Source: Candidatus Woesearchaeota archaeon (GTDB lineage Archaea; Nanobdellota; Nanobdellia; UBA10117). Taken from it: 64,000 nucleotides of DNA. A model generated the notes under the pieces. It was not told where the DNA came from. It was given only the letters and a program-made list of their open reading frames with translations, and did no database searches. Shown in pieces: positions 1 to 9,800 of the stretch. The stretch spans positions 85,392 through 149,391 of the forward strand of contig CAYGXM010000001.1 of assembly GCA_964354105.1 (NCBI GenBank), read 5' to 3'. How positions within the stretch are numbered: the first letter of the stretch is position 1; every line of letters begins with the position of its first letter. Both the position numbers and the translations under genes were made by a program.

Positions 1-107
1 TTGAGGGTTAGCTCTTAGGTTTAGTTATAGAAAATCGCAAGTCTTGCGCGCTAAAATTTTTATATGCAAACATAACAGTTAACCTGCCAGAAACAATCTT
101 TGGTAAG

Positions 108-992
108 CTATTCTAAGACAATAGTCTTTACCGTGGCTTTTTCCAGATAAGCAATCTTCTGCGTTAATTGATCTATGTTCCTTGAATTTTGCTCCAACAT
201 GTCTTTAATCTCTGTAAGCTGTGCAGACTGGCTTTCAAGAGCTAAAATTTTATCCTTAATCAATTCCAAAGCAGCCGTAATTTCTGTAGCTGCAGCAGTA
301 TTCGAATTAATCCTGTTGTTGAGGCTCTCGCTTTGCTTGAAGAAATAGTTCATAGTGTCTTTCAAATTTTCAGCTTTTATTACAAGTTCTCTTGCAGTCA
401 TCTTAGCATCAATGTGTTCCGCTTCAATATCTGCAGCATGCTTGGAGATTGCAAATATTCCTGAATGTACTTTATCAAGATTTCTTACATTTTTTGAATC
501 CCTTTTTTCTATTGCTTCAATAACTTTGTTTACATCAGCAAGCGTCTTATCAGTTCTCTTCAAAACATTAATATTCCAAGATTTTATCATAGCAGCCTGC
601 TTTGCTGCCACGTTTGCAATTTCCGTCCGGGTTGCATCGATTTTTGCAGACATATTTCTGTTTATAGCAGCTACGCTTCGAAACTTCTTCTTATTTTCAG
701 TTTCGGCATCAAACAAAGGCATGACTTCCTTGCTGAATGATTTTCTTTCTTCATCAATTTCTTCATGCAAGGTTGCAAGCTCAGAATCCATGCTTGAAAC
801 TGTCTTGCCCAGTTTATCTAGAATTTTAAATTTCTTAGTAAAATCTGCATCAAGGTCATAAAGTTCTGTAACTTCCTTGTTAAATCCGTGCATGGTAGAG
901 TCTAGTTCTCCCCTTAAGGAATCAAAATTTGCATTTAATTTAGCAAGCTGGCTTTCAAGCCTCTTTAGTCGCTTTTCGATAGCATCAGCCAT
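108..992 (-). CDS. coiled-coil protein, function unknown
   Basis: 294-aa ORF with heptad-like Glu/Lys/Leu-rich sequence (MADAIEKRLKRLESQLAKLN...). The + strand ORF 355..861 is its Ser/Phe-rich antisense shadow. Confidence 0.5.
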   Translation of the reverse strand: MADAIEKRLKRLESQLAKLNANFDSLRGELDSTMHGFNKEVTELYDLDADFTKKFKILDKLGKTVSSMDSELATLHEEIDEERKSFSKEVMPLFDAETENKKKFRSVAAINRNMSAKIDATRTEIANVAAKQAAMIKSWNINVLKRTDKTLADVNKVIEAIEKRDSKNVRNLDKVHSGIFAISKHAADIEAEHIDAKMTARELVIKAENLKDTMNYFFKQSESLNNRINSNTAAATEITAALELIKDKILALESQSAQLTEIKDMLEQNSRNIDQLTQKIAYLEKATVKTIVLE

Positions 993-1033
993 ACATTAAA
1001 CAAAATTCAGGCAGTAATAAAGGTTCGTTGCTC

Positions 1034-1885
1034 TCAACTAGTGTGGAAAACAGGCTTCATTACATCAAGCCTTCTTTTGGCAGAAACAGCAGGCCTGTAA
1101 AGATGCCAAAAGACTCGCTGAAGCCATTCTATCCATTCTTTATCATAGATATAGTATAGCAGGTATGCTTTTTCCTTCAATTCTTTTGGTGCATAATTCT
1201 CAGGCTCTAAAACTTCCTTTAAGACTGCAACTTTGTCATCAACAATGGTACAGCGCAAAGGCTGGTACCTGTGCCGGACTTCGATTGCATCATAGCCGAC
1301 CTTATTGTTGACTGCCAAGATATTTTTTATGTTATTTATGCCAGCCAGCTCAACTCTAGTCAGAACTTTTGACGAAATCTTCTTCCTTGCAAGGCTTTCC
1401 AAGATATCCAAAATTTTCTGATCATGGACTGGATAATTACTCCAAGTCATATTTCCAGAGAAAAACAAAATCTGCTGCGTTGCCTCCTTTAATTCATCCG
1501 CAAAATTCTTGAAATTCCTGTATGAATTGTATTCGTGCTCCTTGAGTTTGATAATTTTTATTTTATTCTTATCGATGTTATGAATAATTTCTGATGGCGA
1601 GAAATCGCCTTTCTTCCTGCCAGATTCAATCTGCTTCAATAGATGTTCCTGCACTTCGCTTTCAGCCAGTCTTTCAATGTTATTCCAGAAAACAATTTTC
1701 AAAGCCCCGCGCGTGCCTTCCCTAAAAGTTCTGCACGAAATTGTCCCCTCATCTTTTGCAATTGCATCAACATAACGGTCAGCAGTGCGCCAATTAACTT
1801 TCAAAAGCAGGGAAATTTCCTGAACAGTCCTAGGTTTGGCATAAACAAATTCGCTAATCTGTTTGACAGTAGCCTTGTCCAGCAT
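1034..1885 (-). CDS. winged-helix DNA-binding protein (TrmB-like regulator?)
   Basis: The N-terminus ISEFVYAKPRTVQEISLLLKVNWRTADRYVDAI looks like an HTH. The C-terminal domain is unassigned. Confidence 0.5.
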   Translation of the reverse strand: MLDKATVKQISEFVYAKPRTVQEISLLLKVNWRTADRYVDAIAKDEGTISCRTFREGTRGALKIVFWNNIERLAESEVQEHLLKQIESGRKKGDFSPSEIIHNIDKNKIKIIKLKEHEYNSYRNFKNFADELKEATQQILFFSGNMTWSNYPVHDQKILDILESLARKKISSKVLTRVELAGINNIKNILAVNNKVGYDAIEVRHRYQPLRCTIVDDKVAVLKEVLEPENYAPKELKEKAYLLYYIYDKEWIEWLQRVFWHLYRPAVSAKRRLDVMKPVFHTS

Positions 1886-1960
1886 ATTAGCAATAGTACA
1901 ACACCTTGTATATAAATTTGTCGATAAATGACAAATTTACTACAACTCTATGTATATTAT

Positions 1961-2500
1961 ATGAGAGTTGTACTGACTGGAGGCGCCTGCACAGGCAAGA
2001 CAACCGTAATTGAGGAGCTAGCCAAAAGAGGTTGCAAAACAGTTCCAGAGGTTGCAAGACCTGTAATTGATAGCTATCTGAAAAGAAATGTGCTCCAGAA
2101 ACCTCGCCTTAACGATATAGCTGTCCTGCAGAAAGAGATAACCTTAAAACAAATCGAGCTTGAATCCAAATTAGATCCAACCAAAGAGATAATCTTTTTC
2201 GACAGAAGCGGCTTAGACACAATTGCATACTGCCAGTTTTACAATGTGGAGATTCCAGAAGAACTGACAAATTATTCACGAAATGCCAAATTCGACAAGA
2301 TTTTCATTTTAGACCAGATTGGCGAATTTCAATATGATGGTATCAGATATGAAAATCCTGATGACGCCAAAAAAATTCACGATTTAATCAGGGGGATATA
2401 TTGCCAGCAAGGTTATTCTCCAATTCCTGTTCCAGTTATTTCAGCAAAAGATAGGGCAAATTTTATTCTGCAAAATATTGGAGGTAAAAAATTGCAATGA
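1961..2500 (+). CDS. P-loop ATPase, AAA_28/NadR-kinase-like (COG3911-like)
   Basis: Walker A motif in MRVVLTGGACTGKTTVIEEL; hhhhD motif IIFFDRSG. ATG 1961 is preferred over the ORF-track start at 1928. Confidence 0.65.
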   Translation: MRVVLTGGACTGKTTVIEELAKRGCKTVPEVARPVIDSYLKRNVLQKPRLNDIAVLQKEITLKQIELESKLDPTKEIIFFDRSGLDTIAYCQFYNVEIPEELTNYSRNAKFDKIFILDQIGEFQYDGIRYENPDDAKKIHDLIRGIYCQQGYSPIPVPVISAKDRANFILQNIGGKKLQ

Positions 2501-3096
2501 ACTCAAAGCTAAAATGCATAGAATTTATGGGCATGCCCAAATCAGGCAAGTCGACACAGCTAGAGATTTTGAAAACAAGGCTTGAAAAAGAAAAAGGCGC
2601 GCGAGTAAGAGAAATTTACGAAGGTGCACGAATTAGCCCTCTAAATAAGGCAGACAATCGCTTTCTGTATAATGCATGGTCTTTCCATAATACTTTGAAT
2701 AGACTATTGGAAGCAAGATTGGACGGTTATGATTATTTGTTAATCGATAGGGGTGTTTATGATCATTTAGCTTTTACTGAAGCCTTGCACGAATCAAAAC
2801 AGATAACAGATAAACAATACATTGCACAATTAGAATACTTTAAACAATTTACTGATTTGGAAGATGTTGTTTTAATGTTTTTGATAAATCCCGCAGAAGC
2901 TATGCACCGGGAAAATAAGCATCATAATTTTATTGGCAGAGTCATGAATGAAGATTTTCTGTCTAAATTAAAGGAAGCGTACACTCTGTATTCTTTTTAT
3001 GCGGATCGTATAATAGACTGTTCTAAATCTTTAGAGGAAAATAGCAAGGACATTTTCGATGCAGTTTTAGGAGATAAACATGGGAAAAGAGATTGA
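2497..3096 (+). CDS. P-loop nucleoside/nucleotide kinase-like protein (dNK/Tmk fold)
   Basis: Walker A motif GMPKSGKST; LLIDRGVYD resembles the DRY/DRS motif of dNK/Tmk kinases. ATGA overlap with the upstream gene; GGAGGT lies upstream. Confidence 0.6.
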   Translation: MNSKLKCIEFMGMPKSGKSTQLEILKTRLEKEKGARVREIYEGARISPLNKADNRFLYNAWSFHNTLNRLLEARLDGYDYLLIDRGVYDHLAFTEALHESKQITDKQYIAQLEYFKQFTDLEDVVLMFLINPAEAMHRENKHHNFIGRVMNEDFLSKLKEAYTLYSFYADRIIDCSKSLEENSKDIFDAVLGDKHGKRD

Positions 3097-3664
3097 AGCT
3101 AAAATTCAGCTAAATCCTGGCGAGGGGGAATCTTTGTACCACAAAGTAAATCGCTCAGCATATGAAGCATCTCCGCATTATATCCTCGAAAAAAATATAA
3201 TTTACATTATTCCTTGGGCAAAAGGCGAAATTTTAAGGTTAAGATTAGTAAGCCAAGAAGGTTCTTTGGCAAGTTCGTATATTACTTACAAAGGCAAAAA
3301 TATTGGTAAAATAGTAAATTGTCGCGAAGAGCTTGAAACTCCTTTTGAAGTACGTTATGAGGACACATTTAAGCAAATTCTTAATGCCATTGGCTTAAAA
3401 TTTTATTCAGGCTATGCAAAGACCCGCATGGTGTTTTCATCCGGTGGTATTCGAATATGTTTGGATACTATTGTTGCATCCGATGAAAAGTTTGAATTGG
3501 ACAAAACCCAATGCCATCGTACATATCCTTCCATACCCAACTATGTAGAGATAGAAGGCCCTACTGAAGAGAAGATTCTTGATATGATAAAGCAGTTGGG
3601 CCTGCAGGATAAGCCAATTATTCACAAATCATATGCAGATTTAGTTCGAGAGGAGAAAAAATGA
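3080..3664 (+). CDS. CYTH-domain protein (CyaB-like class IV cyclase / triphosphate tunnel metalloenzyme)
   Basis: N-terminal ExExK signature EIEAKIQL, followed by LRLRLV, TYKGK, REELE, ICLDT and VEIEG. This matches the spaced acidic/basic CYTH pattern. Confidence 0.75.
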   Translation: MGKEIEAKIQLNPGEGESLYHKVNRSAYEASPHYILEKNIIYIIPWAKGEILRLRLVSQEGSLASSYITYKGKNIGKIVNCREELETPFEVRYEDTFKQILNAIGLKFYSGYAKTRMVFSSGGIRICLDTIVASDEKFELDKTQCHRTYPSIPNYVEIEGPTEEKILDMIKQLGLQDKPIIHKSYADLVREEKK

Positions 3665-3948
3665 CTATAGTTGTGGAGCCAACTGAAAATTATTCTATGC
3701 TACCACTCGCAACACAAGAGTTTGTAACGAAAATGATATTTGGCAAGAGTTTTAATTCCCTGGATGATATATTTAACCAAAAAGATGAAAAGGGCCACAG
3801 AATGGGATCATTTTTTCGCCGATATGAAGTAAAAATTATACCCAAAAACCTACCTGAGCAAATAACAGAAATTAATCTAATCACTAATGGTGATTTTTAT
3901 ACAGAGTTTATTGCACTAAAAGCAAAATATACGGAGAAAAATGGTTGA
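3661..3948 (+). CDS. hypothetical protein
   Basis: 95-aa ORF with an ATGA overlap to the CYTH gene; GAGGAG Shine-Dalgarno-like sequence upstream. Confidence 0.45.
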   Translation: MTIVVEPTENYSMLPLATQEFVTKMIFGKSFNSLDDIFNQKDEKGHRMGSFFRRYEVKIIPKNLPEQITEINLITNGDFYTEFIALKAKYTEKNG

Positions 3949-4606
3949 GAGAACAAGTCCATCTCAACATTTGAAATTTAAGTGTCTGAGCTGCGGCGAG
4001 AAACTAAAAACGTATACTAGGACTGAAGATTGGGGGAATTGTGAATCTGGTAATAATTATGTCCAAGTTGAGTATTACTCTAGGCAGAATGATGCATATT
4101 TTATAAGATTTGGAAAATATGATTTTTTAGATTTATTTAGAAAAATAATTGATGACTCCATTGAAGTGGATAGAAATAAGCTCAAGGCAGAAGTCGAAAA
4201 AGCAGTATCGAGCGAAGAATACCAGAAAATAGTTCTTGCAGTAAAAGGCTCGGATATAGGTCTAGAATTTAGAGTTAATTATGATAACTTGGCGAGCATA
4301 GCCCTAGAGCTGAGAGAGCAAAAATGGGAGGATACATTTTTCAAAATAAGCAGGCACGGACATTCGATACATTATGATTGTGCAAAGCCACTTTTTGAAA
4401 AAGCATCAAACATCGAAGAATTGAAATATATTATTGAAGGGAGCGATAAAAAATTGTTGAAAGCAAAAATAACAACAGATTCCGGAACGCTTTTGGACGT
4501 GCTGGGCTTTTTTAGAAATTATGTTTCAGAGCACATTGCACCACCATATCTTGAAAATCCGAAACAAGTAAATTTTGAAATAGCATACTTTTCAGAATAT
4601 CTTTAA
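3941..4606 (+). CDS. hypothetical protein with possible N-terminal Zn-ribbon (CLSCGEKLK)
   Basis: 221-aa ORF overlapping the upstream gene by 8 nt; last gene of the 1961-4606 operon. Confidence 0.5.
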   Translation: MVERTSPSQHLKFKCLSCGEKLKTYTRTEDWGNCESGNNYVQVEYYSRQNDAYFIRFGKYDFLDLFRKIIDDSIEVDRNKLKAEVEKAVSSEEYQKIVLAVKGSDIGLEFRVNYDNLASIALELREQKWEDTFFKISRHGHSIHYDCAKPLFEKASNIEELKYIIEGSDKKLLKAKITTDSGTLLDVLGFFRNYVSEHIAPPYLENPKQVNFEIAYFSEYL

Positions 4607-4633
4607 TTATAGAAAAATCCACAGTCAAAATTA

Positions 4634-4673
4634 GTGATTTTTCTATCCCTCAAATTAGTTAAATTTGAGTTAT
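4634..4673 (+). repeat. intergenic repeat family 3, short copy
   Basis: Sequence GTGATTTTTCTATCCCTCAAATTAGTTAAATTTGAGTTAT, containing the hairpin CTCAAATT/AATTTGAG. Confidence 0.6.
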
Positions 4674-5437
4674 TCATTATCAGGATTGCTGAATTCGTCA
4701 TCTTCGTCTTCTGGCTCTTCTGGTTCTGGCTCCCCGCCGCTGTCTGGCTTTTCATCACTTAGCTCTTCGTTTTCATTATTGTTATCTTCATCTTGAGCTT
4801 TAGTTTCTTCTGCAGCCTTTTCAGCAGCCTCTAGTCTTTCTTCAACCGCTTTTGAAATTGGAAGCTTTTGGTTTGACTTTACATTAAAGTATTCATAGAA
4901 CTTTTTTGTTGGCTGGAGCCATTTTGATAAGCCTGATTTATGTGATTCTATGAAGCCTTTTTCTATCAGAAGTTTGATGTGATTGTACGCTTTGTTTGAT
5001 CTTACACGAACAACATCACATTGTCTGCTGCCACCACGCCAGCCTATGTATGCCAGCGTTTCCAAAATGGATTTGTCAAATTCAGGCAATGCAGCATCCA
5101 AAACTAAAGTTGTATGTTCGTTTGGAATTGAAAATTTCCAGCGGCTGCCGTCTTGGATTAATTGGATAGCTCCTTTTCTAGTCTCATATTCTTTCTGAAG
5201 TTCCCTGAGAAGCTTGCCAACATCCGCTTTCAATCCAAGATTGAGCTTGTTTGCAAGGGCATCAACAGTAACACCATCAGGAATGCAGTAAAGTACAGAT
5301 TCTATTTTTGCCTTTAGTTCAGCATTGAGGTCTGGCTTTGATGGAGGGCTTTCTTCCTGCCGCTGTGGCTCTTGCGGCTGTTCAAATGGATCTTCAGGTT
5401 CGATATCCAGATTTTTTTTATTCTTCGTCTGTTTCAT
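4670..5437 (-). CDS. scpB: segregation and condensation protein B, with acidic C-terminal tail
   Basis: Winged-helix ScpB-like core (IESVLYCIPDGVTVDALANKLNL ... LETLAYIGWRGG). Sits downstream of scpA in the smc operon. Confidence 0.8.
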   Translation of the reverse strand: MKQTKNKKNLDIEPEDPFEQPQEPQRQEESPPSKPDLNAELKAKIESVLYCIPDGVTVDALANKLNLGLKADVGKLLRELQKEYETRKGAIQLIQDGSRWKFSIPNEHTTLVLDAALPEFDKSILETLAYIGWRGGSRQCDVVRVRSNKAYNHIKLLIEKGFIESHKSGLSKWLQPTKKFYEYFNVKSNQKLPISKAVEERLEAAEKAAEETKAQDEDNNNENEELSDEKPDSGGEPEPEEPEDEDDEFSNPDNE

Positions 5438-6206
5438 CTTCAGTAATTTCTCTTTCCCGCTTCAACGGCTTGCTAAGCTCCTTTTCAGATGTTTTAATAA
5501 ATATTTTGCCGAATGCTTCCTCTTGCACCAAATCCAGTTTACCTTCGTTTGCCAGATGCAATAATGGTATGAGTGTCCAAATCACGTCCCTTTTTTCTGT
5601 GCTCGGAATTATTTCTTCAAATGGTATCAATTTGCTCTTGAATTTTTTAGCTAATTCTCTGAGTTTTGAAAATACAACCTGGATTTTTGAAAAAATATCC
5701 GGCTTTTTTATATTTAAAAGCCTGGGAGCAGGCTTTAAATCCAAAACTCTCTGCCTTCTTCTCTCGTCTACTTCAAGAGCTTTCTTCAAAGATTCAACCA
5801 ATTCAAAAATTGTGACCTTTCTTTTTCTAGGGAAAGGAATTCTGCTTTGTAATTCAGCTTTTGTAAAATGCTTCTCAAGTTCCGAGCCATCCTCTGCATC
5901 AATTTCCGGCTCCTCAGGAGGATTCATCAACAAATATAATTGCTCCAAACCGATGCGCTCCGCCTTCATTTTTAACAGAACTGCTGCAGCGAGAATGACC
6001 TTGCCAGACAAGCGGAAATTCATTTCTTTCAGTTTTCTAACCATCTGTAGATATTCAACAGAAAGAACAGAAATGTCAATATCCCAAGGGTCTATTTTTC
6101 CTTCCCTGGCCAGTTCGTAAATGACAGACTGCCAGGTAACATCATCTTCCTGGAAAATCAAATTATGGACAACTTCATTCGGATTCAAATTCTTTATTTC
6201 AGTCAT
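5418..6206 (-). CDS. scpA: segregation and condensation protein A (kleisin)
   Basis: Motif WQSVIYELAREGKIDPWDIDISVLSVEYLQMV...FRLSGKVILAAAVLLKMK. ATG at 6206 forms an ATGA overlap with the M50 stop codon. Confidence 0.85.
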   Translation of the reverse strand: MTEIKNLNPNEVVHNLIFQEDDVTWQSVIYELAREGKIDPWDIDISVLSVEYLQMVRKLKEMNFRLSGKVILAAAVLLKMKAERIGLEQLYLLMNPPEEPEIDAEDGSELEKHFTKAELQSRIPFPRKRKVTIFELVESLKKALEVDERRRQRVLDLKPAPRLLNIKKPDIFSKIQVVFSKLRELAKKFKSKLIPFEEIIPSTEKRDVIWTLIPLLHLANEGKLDLVQEEAFGKIFIKTSEKELSKPLKREREITEDETDEE

Positions 6207-6847
6207 AGCATCACCGTAAGGATGAACATGAGGACGCTTAGGCCCATCACACCTCCCCAAATCCCCTTAGACCAATGCCAAACTTTTGCTCCATCCAGCA
6301 TAGAAATTGGAATCATATTGAAAATTGCCAGCCACGCATTAACTTGGGCGCCGATTTTGAAAATCAATAGCGGTGAAACTAGTGCAAGTGCTCCAAATAC
6401 CAAACAAAGTATTATGTTTATTACAGGTCCGATTACGCCAATTTCGCCCAAATCTTTTGGCTTTAATATTTGCATGGTGTAGCCAAATCGATTTCTTTTG
6501 ACAGGAGAGATCATTGTTGCACCAGGAGCTGCAAAGACAAATCCCCCTCTTGATATGATTGCCATACCAATTGCTAGAAGCAAGCCGGTTGGCCAGGCTC
6601 TGAATTCAGACCAAAGGCCTTTCGACTGTGCCATGAATTTATGCCCCAATTCATGCAAGACAAAAGCAAAGCCAACTGCAACTAATGATTGCAAAAAGAA
6701 AACCAGCATCGCAGTTATGTTGGAAAATAAACCTTGGCCGAAAATTTGGTCCCTGAAAAGTATAAACTGGAATGAAAACGCCAGAGCGACAAGAGCGGCA
6801 GCTATGTGCTTGATTTCTACAAATGAAAAAGTAAATTTTGGTTTCAT
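6203..6847 (-). CDS. site-2-protease family (M50) membrane metalloprotease
   Basis: HExxH motif HELGHKF and the second motif FNMIPISMLDG; multiple TM helices. Confidence 0.8.
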   Translation of the reverse strand: MKPKFTFSFVEIKHIAAALVALAFSFQFILFRDQIFGQGLFSNITAMLVFFLQSLVAVGFAFVLHELGHKFMAQSKGLWSEFRAWPTGLLLAIGMAIISRGGFVFAAPGATMISPVKRNRFGYTMQILKPKDLGEIGVIGPVINIILCLVFGALALVSPLLIFKIGAQVNAWLAIFNMIPISMLDGAKVWHWSKGIWGGVMGLSVLMFILTVML

Positions 6848-9800
6848 ATTTTCATGCTGACTATTACAGATTCTCCTTCCTTATTCATATGTACACCATA
6901 AACCGAATCTGCCTCCGATATTACAGAATCGTTGTGCGTAACAACAATGACCTGCGCTTTAGTACTGTATTCTTTCAAAAGTTTTGCAACTTTCTCAGAG
7001 TTTAATTTGTCAAGGGCAGCATCAATCTCATCTAAAAGATAGAAAGCGGCAGGTTCATGCTCCTGGATCGCAAAAATAAATGCGAGAGCAACAAGAACTT
7101 TTTCTCCGCCAGACAAAGAAGCTGCAGAAACTCTTTTCCGCTTTGAATCCATTATCCGGACTAAAATGCCAGCTTCAAACGGCTTCTCGAGGTTTTCCAG
7201 TTGCAAATCGCCCAGATACTTTGCGTTCGTTTTAGCATAAATTGTTGAGAAATGTCCATTGATTTCATTGTAAGTTTTCATAAATGCATCAGTCTTTTTA
7301 TTCTCAACTTCTTCTATTAAAGATAAGACTGAATTCTTCTCTTCCTGTAATTTTGAAACTCTGACAGCAAGCTCATTGTATTCCTTGATTACATCTTCAA
7401 AAACCTCCAAAGCTCGCATATTTACATTTCCGAGCGACTCTAATTTCACTTGTGCCTCATTAATTTTCTTTCTCGCCTCTTCTAAAGTTTTGAATTCTAC
7501 AGGCTCTATGCCAACAAAAGGCTTCAATTCCTCTCCAATAGCAGCCAATTCAGCCTCGTATTGTGCTTTTTCAATCGCAAAATTATTTTTTTCTGTGCCA
7601 ATTACATTTTGTTGCATTAAGAATTTATTGTAATCTGCTTCTGCGCTTCTCAACTGATTGCTCAACCCAGCCTGCTCCTCAAAAGCCAACTTTAATTTGC
7701 CATGGAAGCTTTCCTGTTCCGTTTCCTTAGCTTCCAGATTTTTCTCCAAGTTTTTCACTTTGGACTCTTCTTCTGAAATCTGTTTGTCGAAAGATTTCTT
7801 TTCCTTTTCCAATTCCTTCAAAACCCGCAATGTGTTTTCTCTGTCAGGTAAAAGGGCATTTTCAATCGTCGCTTTTACTGCCGCAAGTTTAGTCTCAAAC
7901 TCAGATTTTTTCTGCTGCAATTCCTCGACTTTAGATGCAGAGTCGCCAAACTGCAGATCGTGCAGTTGTGTTTTGATGGCATTTCTTTCTGAAACTTTCT
8001 CTGTTATCTTTACTTCAAGTTCGGCAAGATCCTTTTCCAATTCTTCTATTTTTGAGAAATTCTTTTTTGCAGAATCATTCAGTTGGGAGGCGCGCTTCTC
8101 TAAGCCGCCAATATCCCTGGTCAGCTGGCCTTTTTCCGTAAGCTCAGCCTTTGCGTCTACTTCAGCCTTTGCTTTTCTGAGCTCAAATAATTTATCTTCT
8201 AATTTGGCCCTTTCTTTTCCTAATTCGGAGAATTGTTCATTTAATTTCCCAAGTTCCAAGTCTAATTTATCAATCTGCTCTCTTGCTACAGTCTCAAAAA
8301 CAATGCCTGCCGCTTGCCTGAAGCCGCCAGTTATAGCCCCTGAGGGCTCGAATAAGTCCCCATCTAAAGTGACCATTCGGCATTTTCCAACGCCGATTGA
8401 TTTTGCAATATCTATGTTTTGAATAACAATGGTGTTTCTAAAAATATATTTGAAAACTTTGCTGTATTTTGGGTCACAGTCTATCAAAGTGTGCGCCAGC
8501 CCCAAAACGCCGGATTTTTTCAGGACAGCTTCTGGAACATCTTCCGTAGACATCTTTAATTTATCCAAAGGCAAGAATGTTGCAACACCTGCACGAGAGC
8601 TTTTCAGCATTTCCAGGCATTTTATGGCAGTATTTACAGAGTCAACAACAATATTCCTCATCCTGTTGCCGGCTGCTATGCTTAATGCAGTTGCATATTG
8701 CTGTTTTGCATTCCCTAATTCAGCAACAGTTCCATAAACTCCAGATATGTCTTTTTCTTTCAGCACGCGAATTGCAGCATCCCTCAACAGGGCTTCCTGT
8801 GAGCCCCTGGAAAGAATTTTATTTTTTGTAAGCTTCTCCTCTTTGCCGATAATTTCTTTTCTCAGCTCACCAAGCTCTAAAGCAAGCCTGGAATCTTCCC
8901 TTGCCAGCACATCAATTTCTTTCATTAATTTTTGCTGCTGCTCCTTTGCAACGGAGAAATCTTTTGTTGAATTTTTTAGCTGTGCAATTCTGTCTTCGAT
9001 AAATCTTAATTCACTCTCTTGAACTTGGAATTTTGCCTTAAATTGTTGAATTTCAGAGTTTGTCTTGTCCCTCTTGTTTTTTAGAGCATCAGCGTCTTTC
9101 TCAAATTTATCAACATCAGCTTCTAATTCCTTCAAATCTGCAATTGAGCCTTTTTTCAATGCAGATTCCTGCTTTTCTATAGCGGAGAGTTCTTTTTCCA
9201 GATTATTTCTTTCAGATTCGTTTTCTTTCAGCCTGTTGCCTAGTGTAGAAAGGTTTTGTTCCAAGTCAGCTTTTCTCTTTTGCACCTGCTCTATCTGGCT
9301 TAATGATGTCGAGATTAACGTTCTGGCCTTTTCTAATTCTACACGAACGGCTTCAACTTGCCTGTTCAATTGCAAAGATTCTTCTCCACCCTTCTTTTGA
9401 ATTTCTTTTTCCAATTTCTCCAATTGCTGCTTGAATTGTGCAATTTTTTTGCTGGAAATCTCAATTTCGAGTTTAATGTTATCTATTTCCATAATTTTGG
9501 CCTCGATGCTTGCGGCAACCTTATCCCTTCTTTCAAGCGCGTATTTTTTCTTTAATGATAATTCGCCAGTCTGGAATTTTTTAATGTCAGTTTGCAATTC
9601 TCTGTAAGTCTGGGCGCCTTTCTTTTCATCATCCAGATTTTTCATGTAAGTCTCTTTTTCCTTCAGAACAATGTTTACTTCCCTCAATTTTTCGTCAACT
9701 TTTCCTAATTCAGATAATGCTTTGGCTTTCTTTTCCTCATAAATTGCAATTCCTGCGACTTCCTCAATTAATTGCCTTCTCTCTATCGGTTTTAGGTCTA

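Noticed and set aside
5338-6120. 260-aa + strand ORF opposite scpA
   Set aside because: scpA on the minus strand carries clear kleisin motifs. The + strand ORF is a Ser/Phe-rich shadow.
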